From Octopus sinensis (Eukaryota): a DNA stretch of 64,000 nt. Numbering within the stretch: the stretch's first letter is position 1; every line of letters begins with the position of its first letter. The DNA lies in NCBI RefSeq assembly GCF_006345805.1, contig NC_042998.1:15438001-15502000 (forward strand), written 5' to 3'. The notes below the pieces were generated by a model. The model made no database searches. It saw only the letters and a program-made list of their open reading frames with translations, and had not been told where the DNA came from. Shown here piece by piece: positions 12,944-28,125 of the stretch. Both the position numbers and the translations under genes were made by a program.

Positions 12944-13164
12944 CTTGCCGTTCGACTTCATAACGTTTTCTTTCATCATTTATTTATGTTTATTTTAACA
13001 ACGTCTCTTAAATTATTTATTAATAACATCGTTGCACCAATATATCCTTTATTTCTATACATCTGTCTTTCAGTTGAACTTTCACTGAAATTTGGTATCC
13101 ATACTTCATCTATGTAACTATATTTCTCTCTTTATATACATACACCCGTATGAACCACAATCTT

Positions 13165-14345
13165 CTAGATTTCACCCACATTGGCTTCCTTTGCGGCGGA
13201 GAGTGTCTAACACAGCTCTTACATCACCTCGATGATGGCCTTAAAGCTTAGAGTTCAGGTTCGAAATCTGAAGTCATAAATCTTAATTTCAGCAAAGCGT
13301 TCATAAGAGTCGACCACAATATCCTATAGTCAAAATTGTCAGTTACTGGAAACCATGGAAAACTACTACACTGAGTATTTCCTGGAGAACAGAACACAAC
13401 TTGTTGTGACCGGTGGAATCCACTCAATCTAAGCAAAAGTCACCTGTGGTGCTCCTCAGGGGATTGTCTCAGGCCTGCTTCTGTTTATAGTCCATATTAT
13501 CAAGGGAGAACAACACCGAACTTGAACTCCCGTCTGATATACACGCTGTAAATCAGGAGCGTACAAATACAAGGGAAAATTTGAACTGATGAAGTTTGGA
13601 AAAGTGACTAGGCTAAGGCCACCATATATTCTTCCGTCAGCGGAATCACTCATAGCAACTAATAATATCAGATACATAGGAGTAAATACAGACGAGAATC
13701 TCGTCTGGAGTACCCACATCAACAGTAAAGTCGATATAGCGGGTAAGGTGAGCTCCTGGTTCCTAAGAACTTTCCGATCCAGAGTGTCATAAGTCCTCTT
13801 TTGTCCTCCTTTGTACAGCCATAGCTAGAATACTGCTTCCCCCTGTGGTCTCCCCGCACAAATCAAAACATTTCGAGAATCGAATCACGCCAGAGGGTAA
13901 TCACTAATAAATTAAAGTCTGATCTCGATTATTAGAACCGCTATAAAGCATTGAAACTCTGTTTCCACCATGAACGATACATCATCGAAGGCTAGGACCA
14001 TGGGTCACATGGCCCCTATACAATTCAGGATCGAAAACATAACTACATTGCAACACAATGTCTTACCCACAGCAGACCCTGATCCATTTAACATTATCCG
14101 CAAACAAATCAAATAGGAAAATATCACATCAATTTAAACGGAATCTGGACAGGCTTCTTCAAAGGATACCCAAATAAGCTAAATATACCTGGATACAAAT
14201 CACTCAAGATGAACTTCCTACTTGAATGGGCCATGACACCACCAAGCTAAATTCGAAAAGGATTTTGCAAATTCTATCTGATGGTGCTATCAAGTTAGAC
14301 ATGTCCTGAGGCGTCTTTCTTCGGAACACGTCTAAGTTACCTCAG
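13165..14345 (+). mobile_element. CR1-like LINE, heavily decayed RT and 3' end
   Basis: Frameshifted GFLCG..CLTQLLHHLDD..KA...NFSKAF.RVDHNIL..KLSVTG, TCGAPQGIVSGLLLFIV, SWFLRTFRSR, LEYCFPLWSP, FKRNLDRLLQRIP. Confidence 0.8.
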
Positions 14346-14929
14346 TTACGCAACTTTATATATATATATATATATATATACAAAATAAGAAAATGGAGGA
14401 ATACACTTTAATCAATAATCAACGACCAGATAATACCCATTCACATAATTTATTAACCAACTACATATGAACATCAAGATCAAACGCAATAATACAAAAC
14501 AAAACAGTGCACATCAATGAGTAATATGATACAATAAGTACAATACGTCTAAATAAATATAAATATTAATATAAACTATATCTTACAGCTGTTTCAGCCA
14601 TGTAGGTATGAGTATTTCATTATTCTCATATTAGCCAGGTGTGTTAAGTTAATATATGGTTATAAATGAGATACATACATATATATCCCAAGGCCTCTTC
14701 AGAGATTATAAAGTACAATCCAAATATGAATATAAGAGAAGGTACACCTATACAAGAATGAATACGTATACATAATATATAATATACACATACATATTAG
14801 TGTATATACGCATGCACCTACATATATATAAGTATATACATAATGATATATAATAATATACATACATATAATGTTACAGTTAGCCAAATCAATATATTAC
14901 AATATATGTTATCCCATAGTGGGTTACAC

Positions 14930-16390
<1,461 letters not shown>

Positions 16391-16570
16391 CTTTCTTGGC
16401 TGATGTGATAGGTATCACATGAGTGGATTGGTTTCACTTTAGTCTTTTAGTCTAAATTATTCATACTTTGATTTCTGACATGCATAGAACTATGTTTTAT
16501 ATGTATATATATTATTTCATCGTTTAATTACGGTGTTATTGTTTGCTTCGTGAATAGAATAACCACTTTT

Positions 16571-16604
<34 letters not shown>

Positions 16605-16727
16605 TTAGATATATATGCATATACATATACGCACATAAGCACACACACGCGGATATATATATATATATATAATGATAAATCTCAGAGCGAGTTATAAACA
16701 GTAGCGGTAACACAACGTGATTCATAT

Positions 16728-16768
<41 letters not shown>

Positions 16769-17072
16769 GCTCCTCCAAAACTTCATTGTAAATAATATAT
16801 GAAGGCGTTGTATTATTTTTCTTTTGATGTGTGTATGACAAATCTATTTATACTTCAATATATTGTCTTGCTTGCTTGTTCATATATATAGATATATGTA
16901 CGGGTGCTCGTTGTAGTGTGTGTCTGTGTGCGAGGATTATGTTTAAATAAATATTCATATCTATCCCTCTATCTATCCATATATTTATCTATCTATCTAT
17001 CTATCCATTCATATATCTTTTTGTCCCTTTGTGATTCCGTCTCCGTCATTCTCTGCATATACATATATATAT

Positions 17073-17104
<32 letters not shown>

Positions 17105-17105
<1 letters not shown>

Positions 17106-17158
17106 TGATTTGATTGATCTAGTTTAGTTCATGAGCTGTGGCCATGCTGGGGCACCGC
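17105..17158 (-). mobile_element. Solo 3' tail of the CR1-like LINE (extreme 5' truncation)
   Basis: TGATTTGATTGATCTAGTTTAGTTCATGAGCTGTGGCCATGCTGGGGCACCGC is nearly identical to 11520-11574. Confidence 0.85.
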
Positions 17159-18769
17159 TATTTTACTTCACTAATTCTTGTTGAACATTGACGTTTGGTG
17201 CATATATGATATATATAATTAATTAAGTAAAGATGAGGTTCTAAGTTGATTCTGCATAATAGTAATCCTCTTGATAATGATTAAATTGATCTATATATCC
17301 CTTTTAGCTAACTTGGTTATGATATCACTTTCTAGAATTTTTTCATTTTTAAACTTTTTATACAACATAATAATGTTGTTTATAAACGTTCTTCCACTGA
17401 GCCCCTAATGTTTTTCCTGGATCTCCTTTTAGCGCCTTAAGTTTTTTAGTGTCTGTCCATGTAATTGGTAACATAATAGTGAATTAATATAACCCCTACC
17501 CTACCTCTTTTTTGGACATTTATTACTATATAACTGACCCTAAAGTTTCGTTTTTTTTCCTTGTTGATTGAGGGGTACCTGTGATAGTAAGAAATGTATG
17601 ACCAACAGCCCGCTATGAGCTGTCAACTCACTCTGCGCTTTATTTCAAATATACGCAATTTTCTAATCTTAGATTTTTGCTGATGATAAAGGGATAGATA
17701 AATTAGAAATGAATTACAACCCTATAACCCCCACTGTGTTCCATGCCACTCTATAAATTGTAGCCTGTTCTTCACTTATCTATTCTTGCCACAATATTGA
17801 CAACATCAAATTCTTCCATTCTCTTTCTCTGTTGAAAATATTTAAGAAAAATTCTATTAATATATCTTGTCTGTTAAAATTTCATTATTTTTGCAGCTGA
17901 AGAGCGTTGTCTTTCAATTGATGCAATGATTTCATAGTTCAATTAATTGGAGTCACTTGAAACGATCGTACTGCATTACTACTTCATATCCTGTTGCCGA
18001 TATATATATATATCTAATATATATATATATATATATATTTTATACATATAGTTATATATATACATATATACATACATACATTAGTGTATAAAAATTTATA
18101 CAGGGAGTGAAGAGCACCAAGTGGACTCCTTCCTTGCTAAAAAGAGCAGTCAAAATCCCAAACCACGAAAAACATTCTTATTTAGAGCACTTTGATTGTA
18201 AGCGAGGAGGACCAATTGAGAAAATTAAAACATCAGTTAATCCTATACTCCGAAGTTTCACCAATAATGATTAAATAACCCAATGAATTAATTAATCAGC
18301 TGATTAATCGACCATACGTGGATCTTCAGCAGAATCACTGAGGATACATAATTATAAAACTAGACAACGTATGGAAAACACAAGGGGGAAGACACGTGCG
18401 CATTTATTTTCATCTTTATACATCAGGAATTCAAATCAAAATATCCACAACCAACGCGCCGAGCCAGAATAGTACAGCAGTGAATAAATTCAACAGCGAA
18501 TTACCTGACCCACCAATTAAATACTTAAATATATAAATGTAAGAGTAAAAATTTTTTAAATAATAACTTATACTAGTATGTGTAAAATAAAGTCCGTAGA
18601 AATAAATATTTTCATAATATATATGAGTAAGAGCCAGGAACTCATCCTTCCGAAGCGATTGGCGTTACCGCTAAACTACGGTGGCGTAAACAAACCATCA
18701 ACGGTTGGGAAACGGTGTGTTTGCAAACAGAAAGACACGCTCACACACACACGCCCATATTTTATAGAA

Positions 18770-18900
18770 CGGGCTTCGACACATTCATCGTACAAATTTC
18801 ACTAACAAAACCAGGATTCTAGTGCCAACCTACTGTTGCCAGTGGGACTGAACCCAAAACCACAGGTTTACAAGGTGGGCTTTTTTACCTCACAAGCATA
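18770..18900 (-). mobile_element. Degenerate SINE family 1-like head
   Basis: CAAATTTCACTAACAA...CAGTGGGACTGAACCC matches the B-box region of family 1. Confidence 0.5.
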
Positions 18901-19289
18901 CCTTTCATGTAACATGAAAATACGAACCTGTAGTTTTAGTAGACATGCATATTTATGTTACCTGTGAGAAGCAATGTTTGGTAATAAATCAAAGAGATTC
19001 CTTTCTGTGGTCGAAAAAAATGAACACTCAATGCTTGGTGAAGCGTTCAAGAATAATAAAATGTAATTTGTGAGAAAATCGTAGAATATTGCTTTTCCGG
19101 TGATGAAAGAACGCTTCAGAAATTGTTTAGCATAGTTCTTAGTCTTATGACACTTAATTTGTTTTCTAAAGAGAAAGAAAGATGCTTGCTAAACCTAAGT
19201 GGAACTTGCTTATTTTGTTGTGCAAATACTTGTGTTGCATTTATGTAACAAATTGCGATTTCGTAAGTATTTCTCAATCATTCAAAAAT

Positions 19290-19585
19290 AGTTCCTTTGC
19301 GGAGATTTTGCGCGAGTTCAGGAAGAGATTCCGTAGCAAAAGGCAAGAGAAACTACAGCAGGACAACGCGTCATCCTGGGGATTGACTACATAACAGAGG
19401 TAGGCATCAAAACTGTTCCTTATTTTCCTCATAATCCAGACCTTGCTTCCTGTGATGTTTGGTTGTTATCCAAGCTGGAGGAAATGGAGTGTGTCCTTCA
19501 CGTTAGAGGACTTACATGCAGCCTTCAAGAAATAGCTTGGGCACTAAAACAAGTGCATTGAAATCACAAAATCCTATTTGAAATA
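19290..19585 (+). mobile_element. Mariner transposase C-terminal fragment
   Basis: EILREFRKRFRSKR...QDNA...GIKTVPYFPHNPDLASCDVWLLSKL (DNA and YSPDLAPxD equivalents)...KCIE..SYL. Confidence 0.8.
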
Positions 19586-20649
19586 TATTAGTGTTTTGCA
19601 TTTAGTGGAAATTAATACATGTCTCACCTGAAAATATTGAAAAAATTCTGCATATATTTGCATATATTTCTTGAAATGTTCATACTTGAAATTTATTCAT
19701 TCTATTTATTTATTTCCCATAGACATTGTTCTTATATCCCGACTAATTTCTACTCAAGTGTATAACACGCTAAATATATCTGAACCTGGCACATTAAAGA
19801 TGTGTCTTTTGATGGTGATGAGTTGGTTGCAACAAATGTACAGTCAAACATACGCTGATGGCCATTGTTCAGACATTTTTCATCACAAATATGTGACCGC
19901 TTCAGAGACATTTAGTCTATTGGAATAAGGGGAGCCAGAGCATACACAAGGTCAGAAAGTGTTGCTGAAGAGGTCACAGATGTGTGACGAAATATCTTCG
20001 GACAATGGTCATGAGTTAAAATACGAACAGTTATAAAGGAGGTAAGAAAGAATATATAGTGTGTTTATTTGGCAAAAATTAAGGTAATGTAACGAAGAAA
20101 GTTGCTTGTTAATTAGGTATGTAACAATTACTAAAATTACTAAAAGAAAGCAATATTAAAAGGTCCCCCATCTGGAAAAATTTTATAAATTCAAGTTCTA
20201 AGAAATTGCCTATAATTTCGATTTCTCAAGTTTATTTAATGTTTTAACCCCAAATTCTCGCAAATTTAAATATTCATTGCATTCATTGCGGAGTAGATTT
20301 TAATGTTTAATTATAAGCACTATCAATTCATTGCAGGCAACATTTCACGTTTTTATTCGGAACAGTCTCTCATGGTTGTTCGTCTCTATTTTCATTAATG
20401 ATAATTTAATAATAGCTGTATAACGTTGATACGTGATACAATTTCCAGAATATTATCGGTTTCGGTGTTTGTCAAATGAATATCTTTGATAAAATGAAAA
20501 TTCTTTAATATAATAGTATTTTGTTTTTTGATTGAAGAAGTAATTGTGTTGGTATTGCTACTTGCAACGCTTTAAGCCTTACAAGAACTATATGATCGCT
20601 GCTATTTCTAGCAAACCAAACAAGAAAGTTTTTAACAAACTTTCAATTA

Positions 20650-21943
20650 TCTATAATGTGCGAGTGAAAAAGAAAAGTTAGCAGCAAAGGCACAACGGCA
20701 CAGAGAAAGACGAGCAACTAAATGAGATGAAACCAGGGCAAAGCGACTGAAACAGATCACTGAATATGCACGGATATATAGACATGACTCTGTTTCCGCT
20801 GCCTATGACCGACTGGTTAGGTTATCTCAAGAGGAGAACATTCTACTTTCAAATAATGGACATATTTTCTTTGCGATCATGTGGAAGTAGTGGACAGCCA
20901 ATCTTAGATATTTTACAGACAGTAATTCTAATGAAAGAGAGTTTGCTAATTACCCCCTTGATGTAGGAAATGGTAACATTTCTGTTGAACAAAGCCTAGG
21001 TGAATTCAAAATCAAACCACCCAATGACCCTTGCCTTGAAAGTGGTACTCTTTCAGATCTGTGTGGTTTTGTATATGCTGTTCTCAAAAGTAACTTAACA
21101 AACCCCATGTATGGCTTGCAAATAAAACCATCGTTTCTCCAACAAATGAAGCAGCACAATTTGTGAAGGATTTTCTGTAGACCAGGATCACTGGTGAGCT
21201 AAACATATACAGAAACTCATTTACAGTTGATAATGAAACTTTGCGCCCAGTCGAGTTCATCAACAAACTTACACCATTGGGGTTTCCAACATACATTCTC
21301 AAACTGAAGAAAAAACCGATACTTAATGCTTCTGAGAAATTTAGATGCTACTAATGGGCATTACAATGGTACACACTACATCATTGGCAGTGTAAATGAT
21401 GATGTTACTGAGGCTGCGGTTGCTTCTTGTCCTTATGCAGGATCAACTCTGCTAATCTCAAGAATACCACATGTATCTCCAGAAATACAATTTCCAATCC
21501 CATTTACACGCAAACATTTTCCTGTCAAGCAAGCTTTCGCCTTGACGTGCAAAAAGGCACAGGGACAGACTTTTGAACAGATTGGAATATATCTTCCGAC
21601 GCAATTCTTCTCACATTGTCAGCTGCATGTAACATTATCTAGAGTTCGAAAGAAAGCTAACGTAAAAATATTGGCTGAGAGAAATCGAAACAGTATGATT
21701 ACTGACAATTGTGTGTACAACGTGATACTACTTTGAAGTAAAAATAGGCTTCTTAGCAAGTTACAGTGAAGAGAAATAACACATAAATTATATGTGAAGT
21801 AACATATATTTGTGCGGAATTAAATTGTTTTGGCATATATAAACACATGTCGAATGAATAAATCATTATATTAGATCATTCTAAATTTGGGCATATTTGA
21901 AAAAGTAAGGAAACGTCACTCCCACGTGTTCTAACAGTACTAG
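20650..21943 (+). mobile_element. Helitron deletion derivative (short N-terminal charged segment joined to the helicase C-terminal half)
   Basis: KLAAKAQRHRERRA..ETRAKRLKQ near 20660-20790; EFANYxLDVGNGNI..LCPVEFINKLTPLGFPTYILKLKK from ~20870; candidate 3' CTAG at 21940-21943. Ends uncertain. Confidence 0.75.
21326..21736 (+). pseudogene. Pif1-like (SF1) Helitron helicase C-terminal remnant
   Basis: MLLRNLDATNGHYNGT...HFPVKQAFALTCKKAQGQTFEQIGIYLPTQFFSHCQLHVTLSRV corresponds to the LRNL..GLCNGTR and QFP..TINKSQGQT..FSHGQLYVALSR motifs. Confidence 0.9.
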
Positions 21944-21982
21944 ACTTTTGTGTGTATGAGTGTGTGTATTCCCCCTTCTATC

Positions 21983-22285
<303 letters not shown>

Positions 22286-23356
22286 GCACACCTATGTAAG
22301 TTCTACCAATTATTAATTGTAAATATATAGACCAGATTGACTCTTTAAAAAAGAGAGATTATGACTAATAAAATAATGAAAGCAATATTTACAAAGCAAG
22401 TAAGCACTATTAAACAAAGAAATGACTTGACGTAAGATATCATAACAATTATTAAAATTGGGAATCAAATGTGGTAATATCGAATGGCTAGCAGAAAACT
22501 CCCGGAAGGCGGTATTTCTGCTAGTATGTGTAATGTAATATAATATGATATAATATATATATATATATATAAAATTTGTAAAAAAAACAGTCATGTCTAA
22601 TTCATCTCAACTGAAACACGAAACCAAGTTGCGGGGCTGAGATGCCGTAATCTTAACGCTTGTTGTGCATTCCATAGGATGGCAATAAACACACAAATGG
22701 AGAATAACATGAATAGAATATACACAACTGCCATCACCAGAAATATCCATGGTTCGTCTCTAACAACACCAACAGCAATTTCCACAATAACAAATGCAAT
22801 AACAACATTAGCAACAACAACAACAGCAGCAGGAGCAACAACAACAACAACATCAGCACGCAATAATAACAATAACTGCCTTTTGCGTAAGATGCAGTAG
22901 ATAATAAGTTGAAGCTGCCAATGGAAAAAAAGTTTTAGATCTCCGCTGGGACTGGATTCTATTCGCTGTAATGTGCATATCTATATCATATGATCGAATA
23001 GCTCTCCATGTGCAATAAAGATCGATAGATTTTTGTGGATTCTGGATACTATCACTACAGAAAACTGTCAGGAAGGATCCAAGGTTATTTACTTCAACTG
23101 CAAGCAGAATTATTTGCTAGAGAGAGAGAGAAAAGAAACAAAGCGACATCGGATAGTAGCTAGCCATTGGAAGTCTAACGAGGATTACAAAAGCTATTGA
23201 TTAAGTAATCTATTTATGGTTATTGACTTCTGTCCAGATGGATGTCATCTCCAAGTAGATTGCTTCCATTTACATAGAAAAGATACCGAAGTTCATTGTA
23301 TCGGTTAGTCGTTCAATGTGGTTATAGCAGCGACTATCTGACGACCTGCAAATATC

Positions 23357-23403
<47 letters not shown>

Positions 23404-23741
23404 AATGTAATACATATAAAAGATTAGGAGTTTATGAATTTTCCTGCATATGGTCGGTTTTGTATGAGTGTGTGTGTGTGTGCTGCTTTTCTCTTTTTTG
23501 GGGGGGGGGGTAATGTAGGTTATATTATTGTATAGAATTACTCTAATGATTGAATGTAGTTAAGTGTAATCACTACATGTAATAGGAAATAGTAGCATTT
23601 ATGGGGTCATTGACCCCCCGGAAAGAAGCAGCAAAGCAGAATGCCTTTCAGTTAACAAACTAACACTTATTCATTTACACACATAATCATGTCTGCTTAT
23701 CTCTCTCTCTCTCTCTCATGTGCGCGATCTCTCTCGGTATG

Positions 23742-23789
<48 letters not shown>

Positions 23790-23967
23790 TATATATTTAT
23801 ATATAGCTATATATACATGTATATATACATATATATGCATAAATGTATGTATATATATATATATCTATATATATATATACATACACATGTACGTGTGCAT
23901 CTATGTATGTATGCACACACACATATTTATATATATATATATATGTATATATATATGCATAGACATC

Positions 23968-24016
<49 letters not shown>

Positions 24017-24381
24017 TATGTGTGTGTGTGTGTTTATGTCTGTATATATATATAATATACATACATATATATATATACATCTATGTACATAGACAGACGC
24101 ACATCCGTTATACCTCTCGAATACGCATGCACTTATATAATACACATATCAATACATGTATGTTTGTGTATTATATGTGTACATGTTTGTGTGCGTGCGT
24201 GCATGTATTTGAACTTGTAGTGACAGTTTTCACATGTTCACTTAATGCCACATCATAATTCAGATAATATAGGCGCGTATTCGGTAAAATTAATTACATC
24301 TCATTAGAAATTAGCGGCATAAATTTTGACGTAAGATAGATAAAGGCAAGAGAAAAAAAGAAACTCATTCACGAATACGTA

Positions 24382-24520
24382 TGTATGGTTGAGTGGTGAA
24401 GATATTAGCTTGGCATTCATGTGATTTCTGGTCCAAACGCACTCTCGGGCATCTTGGACAAGAAGGTAATCCTTTGTCTGAATTTTGTAGATGGACAATG
24501 CGTAGAAGCCAGTCGTACAG
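24382..24520 (+). mobile_element. Degenerate SINE family 1-like head
   Basis: TGGTTGAGTGG A-box, CATCTTGGACAAG, ...TTTTGTAGATGGACAATGCGTAGAAGCCAGTCGTA followed by a CA tract. Confidence 0.55.
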
Positions 24521-25043
24521 GCACACACACACACACACATATATGTATATGACAATATATATATATATATATATCGGTATATATTTTTCTATACACAAAC
24601 GTGTTTGTGTGTGTGTGCGCGCGTGTATATGTATATTTGCGTGTTTGTGGTTTCTCCCTCACATTGACGATCGGTCTTACTTTGTTTTAGTCAGGTTAAC
24701 ATAGCGGCTCGGTGAAAGAAATCGATAAAATAAGTGCCAAATTTAAAAAAGAAACAGCAACAAAAAACGAAAATGGAATAACAACAAATGCTGCCCCGGT
24801 ATGTCTGCGGTCCAATGACTGAGACAAATATAATACGAAAATATGACACAGTTATGAAGGAGATACAAAGGAGAAATTAACAGAACTGCGTTGAAAAATA
24901 ACCAGAAATACACGGTGGTGTTGTAGATTTGTCAAAATGTTACATGTTATCAAACGTTTTTACGTATCACAGATTTATTGGGACCTGAGTTTACAACGCT
25001 TTCGAAAAAAACATGGCCTTGAAATTTTAGATGACTAGATTAT

Positions 25044-25433
25044 GGATGGAAGCACTCCGTCGGTTACGACGATGAGGGTTCCGGTTGATCCGAATCAGCG
25101 GAACAGCCTGCTCGTGAAATTAACGTGTAAGTGGCTGAGCACTCCACAGACACGTGCACCCTTAACGTAGTTCTCGGGGATATTCAGCGTGACACAGAGA
25201 GTGACAAGGCCGGCCCCTTGAAATACAGGTACAACAGAAGCAGGAAGTAAGAGTGAGAGAAAGTTGTGGTGAAAGAGTACAGCTGGGATCACCACCATCC
25301 CCTGCCGGAGCTTCGTGGAGCTTTTAGGTGTTTTCGCTCAATAAACACTCACAAACGCCCGGTCTGGGAATCGAAACCACGATCCTCTGACCGCGAGTCC
25401 GCTGCCTTAACCACTGGGACATTGCACCTCCAC
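25044..25433 (-). mobile_element. SINE family 3, 3' module type a, full length
   Basis: tRNA-like head GTGGAGGTGCAATGTCCCAGTGGTTAAGGCAGCGGACTCGCGG...GGTTTCGATTCC; 13 bp TSD ATGACTAGATTAT (25031-25043) / ATGTCTAGATTAT (25434-25446). Confidence 0.88.
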
Positions 25434-25645
25434 ATGTCTAGATTATAACCATCTCTTGAATCCAAACGACTACTAGAATTACTAAGACGTTTCGTCTTGA
25501 GTTGTCTTTTACTGACATTCAACAACGGTCTACGTGTGAAATTTGCTACACAGAAATTGCGTTGCAACGCAGCGTACACACAACACACACACGCACATAC
25601 ACACACATATTCGCACACACACATATATATATATACACACACATA

Positions 25646-25694
<49 letters not shown>

Positions 25695-26028
25695 ATATAT
25701 TTCTATATATTATATATATATATATATATATATGTATACATATATATACTTAGATATATATATATACACACATACACATACACACATACACGCACACACA
25801 CACTCATATATATGAATATATGTGCGTATATATATATTAATGAATATTAATTTTTGATTAAGGATTTTGATATTGTAGATTCGTATACATTGTCATGAAA
25901 CGCGCGTCGCCGTTTCAATGTGTATTTTTTTAAATGTATATCATTTAGTATAGACATTTTTAGTAAAATGTTAATAATAATATATCTAAATTAATTTAAT
26001 TACTTATGGAGGTTCTATCACTTAATTC

Positions 26029-26063
<35 letters not shown>

Positions 26064-26070
26064 TATATAT

Positions 26071-26606
26071 TAAGGTATGTAGAAAAATACAACATGGACA
26101 AGAAGTATAACTCTTAGAAGACGATACAATAAACACGGACAGGACATTCGAAACCCTCAGTCTCAGTCAAGAACCGGATCATCGTAGTAATTTCGGCTGA
26201 TAATCTTGAGATTACTAGATCACGGCCAGCCCTCCAAGAAAAACTAAGCAACGAGATTAGAAAAACTAAGCTGGGGAGCGTAGATTTCTGGAAGAAGGAT
26301 CGAATGCATACGGACACCAGGACAGCAAAAGGGACGAATATAAAAAAACAAAAAAATAATGGAATACAGAGAAACATGAAATACAGAAGAAATTAACGTG
26401 AAAAACAACAACAAGGGTCTTACGACTGATAACAAGCACACAAATTTTTCTCTGGCGCCAAGGAAAGGAGCCTTATCGGCGATGACTTATAGCGGCCGGA
26501 CGAAAAACAACGATGTTAAACACGACGCTGGTCAGAAGCTGAAAGGCAGATTTCGGCCAGCAGTCACGTGACAGAGAAGAGAGAAAAGAAAAGAAGAAGA
26601 AGCAAC

Positions 26607-26658
<52 letters not shown>

Positions 26659-27045
26659 GAGGGACAAACGCAACAAAGAGAGAGAAGAGAGAGAAAGAAG
26701 AGAATCAGAGAGGAGAAGGGATGGGTGTCGAAGATTGACCTGTGAGTGCAGAGCGAGACAAAGAAATAGGAGGGTAGTGGAAGATTAGACCAAAGAATCA
26801 GAGGAAAGAGAAGAGAAAAAGAGGATGAGTAGAGAGAGAAGGGGACAGATCAAGTAAAAGTGAGATGAGAGAGAGAGAGAGACAAACAAAGAGTCGTACC
26901 AGTTATTAAGAATATGTGCTCACATTAATGTTAAGAGGGTACGTGGCGCTGGAATATATGTTAAGGTATGTAGAAAAATACGACTTGGACAAGAACGTAT
27001 AACTCTTAGAAGACGATACAATAAACACGGACAGGGCATTCGAAA
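26071..27045. mobile_element. Unclassified element with ~83 bp terminal direct repeats (pseudo-LTR-like, possibly Penelope-derived)
   Basis: 26071-26153 repeats at 26962-27045 with few differences; interior non-coding and GA-rich; flanked by TA-rich repeats. Confidence 0.55.
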
Positions 27046-27293
27046 TATATATACGTACATATATGTATATATATGTATATATATATATATATATATGTAC
27101 ATATATGTATTCATATATGTACATATATATATATGTATATATATATGTACACATATGTATATACGTACATATATGTATATATATATATTTTTATATATGT
27201 ACACACATATACACATATATCTTTTTAGTAAAATGTTAATAATAATATATCTAAATCAATTTAATTACTTTATGGAGGTTCTATCACTTAACT

Positions 27294-27357
<64 letters not shown>

Positions 27358-27795
27358 GTACATATATGTATATATATATGTGATATCTAGATATATATAT
27401 ATATATATTATATATATATATATGTACATATATGTATTCATATATGTACATATATATATATGTATATATATATGTACACCTATGTATATACGTACATATA
27501 TGTATATATATATATTTTTATATATGTACACACATATACACATGCACATGTACACACATACGCGCACGGAGAGGTAACAATATTTAAAAAATAGTTTGCG
27601 TAGTAAGACTAGCTGATAACCTTTATGTGTCAATTCGTCACAGAAAGCGAAATCATTTGATACTCTCCTCTTTGTGACTTTACAAAAGGGGACGACCATT
27701 TTTCGGAATGTATTTGCTACATTCTCCTTTCCTGTTTACATATAGTGAGAGATGAGCGGTCTACTTTGAAGCAAACAGGTTCATAATATACCCTG

Positions 27796-27842
<47 letters not shown>

Positions 27843-27843
<1 letters not shown>

Positions 27844-28065
27844 GGGAGAGTTTACGAAAAAAGAACAACGACGAAGACAGGTGGTGTACGAAACAAACAG
27901 ATGTATTAGTATAACGCTCAGGAATAAAAAAAGTCTTTTACGTTTCGAGCCTACGCTCTTCTACAGAAAAGAACACAGAAAAAAACAAGGACAGAAACAA
28001 GGAGAGAAAAAATGTGTGTAGTGGGTAACGATCTATCATGGCGACTGATTGATCACCATGATAGA
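27843..28065 (-). mobile_element. Short non-autonomous hammerhead-bearing module, family B copy 1
   Basis: Between (TA)n tracts; homologous to 35838-35998; shares TTCCTGAGCGT..TAATAC..TTTGTT..GTCTTCG..GTTGTT with family A. Confidence 0.7.
27935..27970 (-). ncRNA. Minimal type I hammerhead-ribozyme-like motif (A6U core variant)
   Basis: Sense: TTTT CTGTAGA A GAGC-GTAG-GCTC GAA ACGT A AAAG = stem I, core, stem II, GAA, palindromic stem III, GUA site, stem I. Confidence 0.6.
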
Positions 28066-28089
28066 TATATATATATATGACTGACATAT

Positions 28090-28125
<36 letters not shown>

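Noticed and set aside
17380-17900. Possible very old Penelope fragment on the minus strand (RNFRVSYSN)
   Set aside because: Single short motif; the rest does not align convincingly.
18300-18345. Minus-strand CTGAAGA...ATTAAT hammerhead-like motif
   Set aside because: GAAA and stem I do not fit.
22597-22900. Thr/Ala-rich or hydrophobic ORFs resembling a mucin or membrane peptide
   Set aside because: Derived from (CAA)/(CAG) low-complexity repeats.
26130-26175. Hammerhead-like reading on the minus strand of the direct-repeat element
   Set aside because: A stem GAGAC/GTTTC precedes GAA but the CUGANGA core cannot be placed in register.
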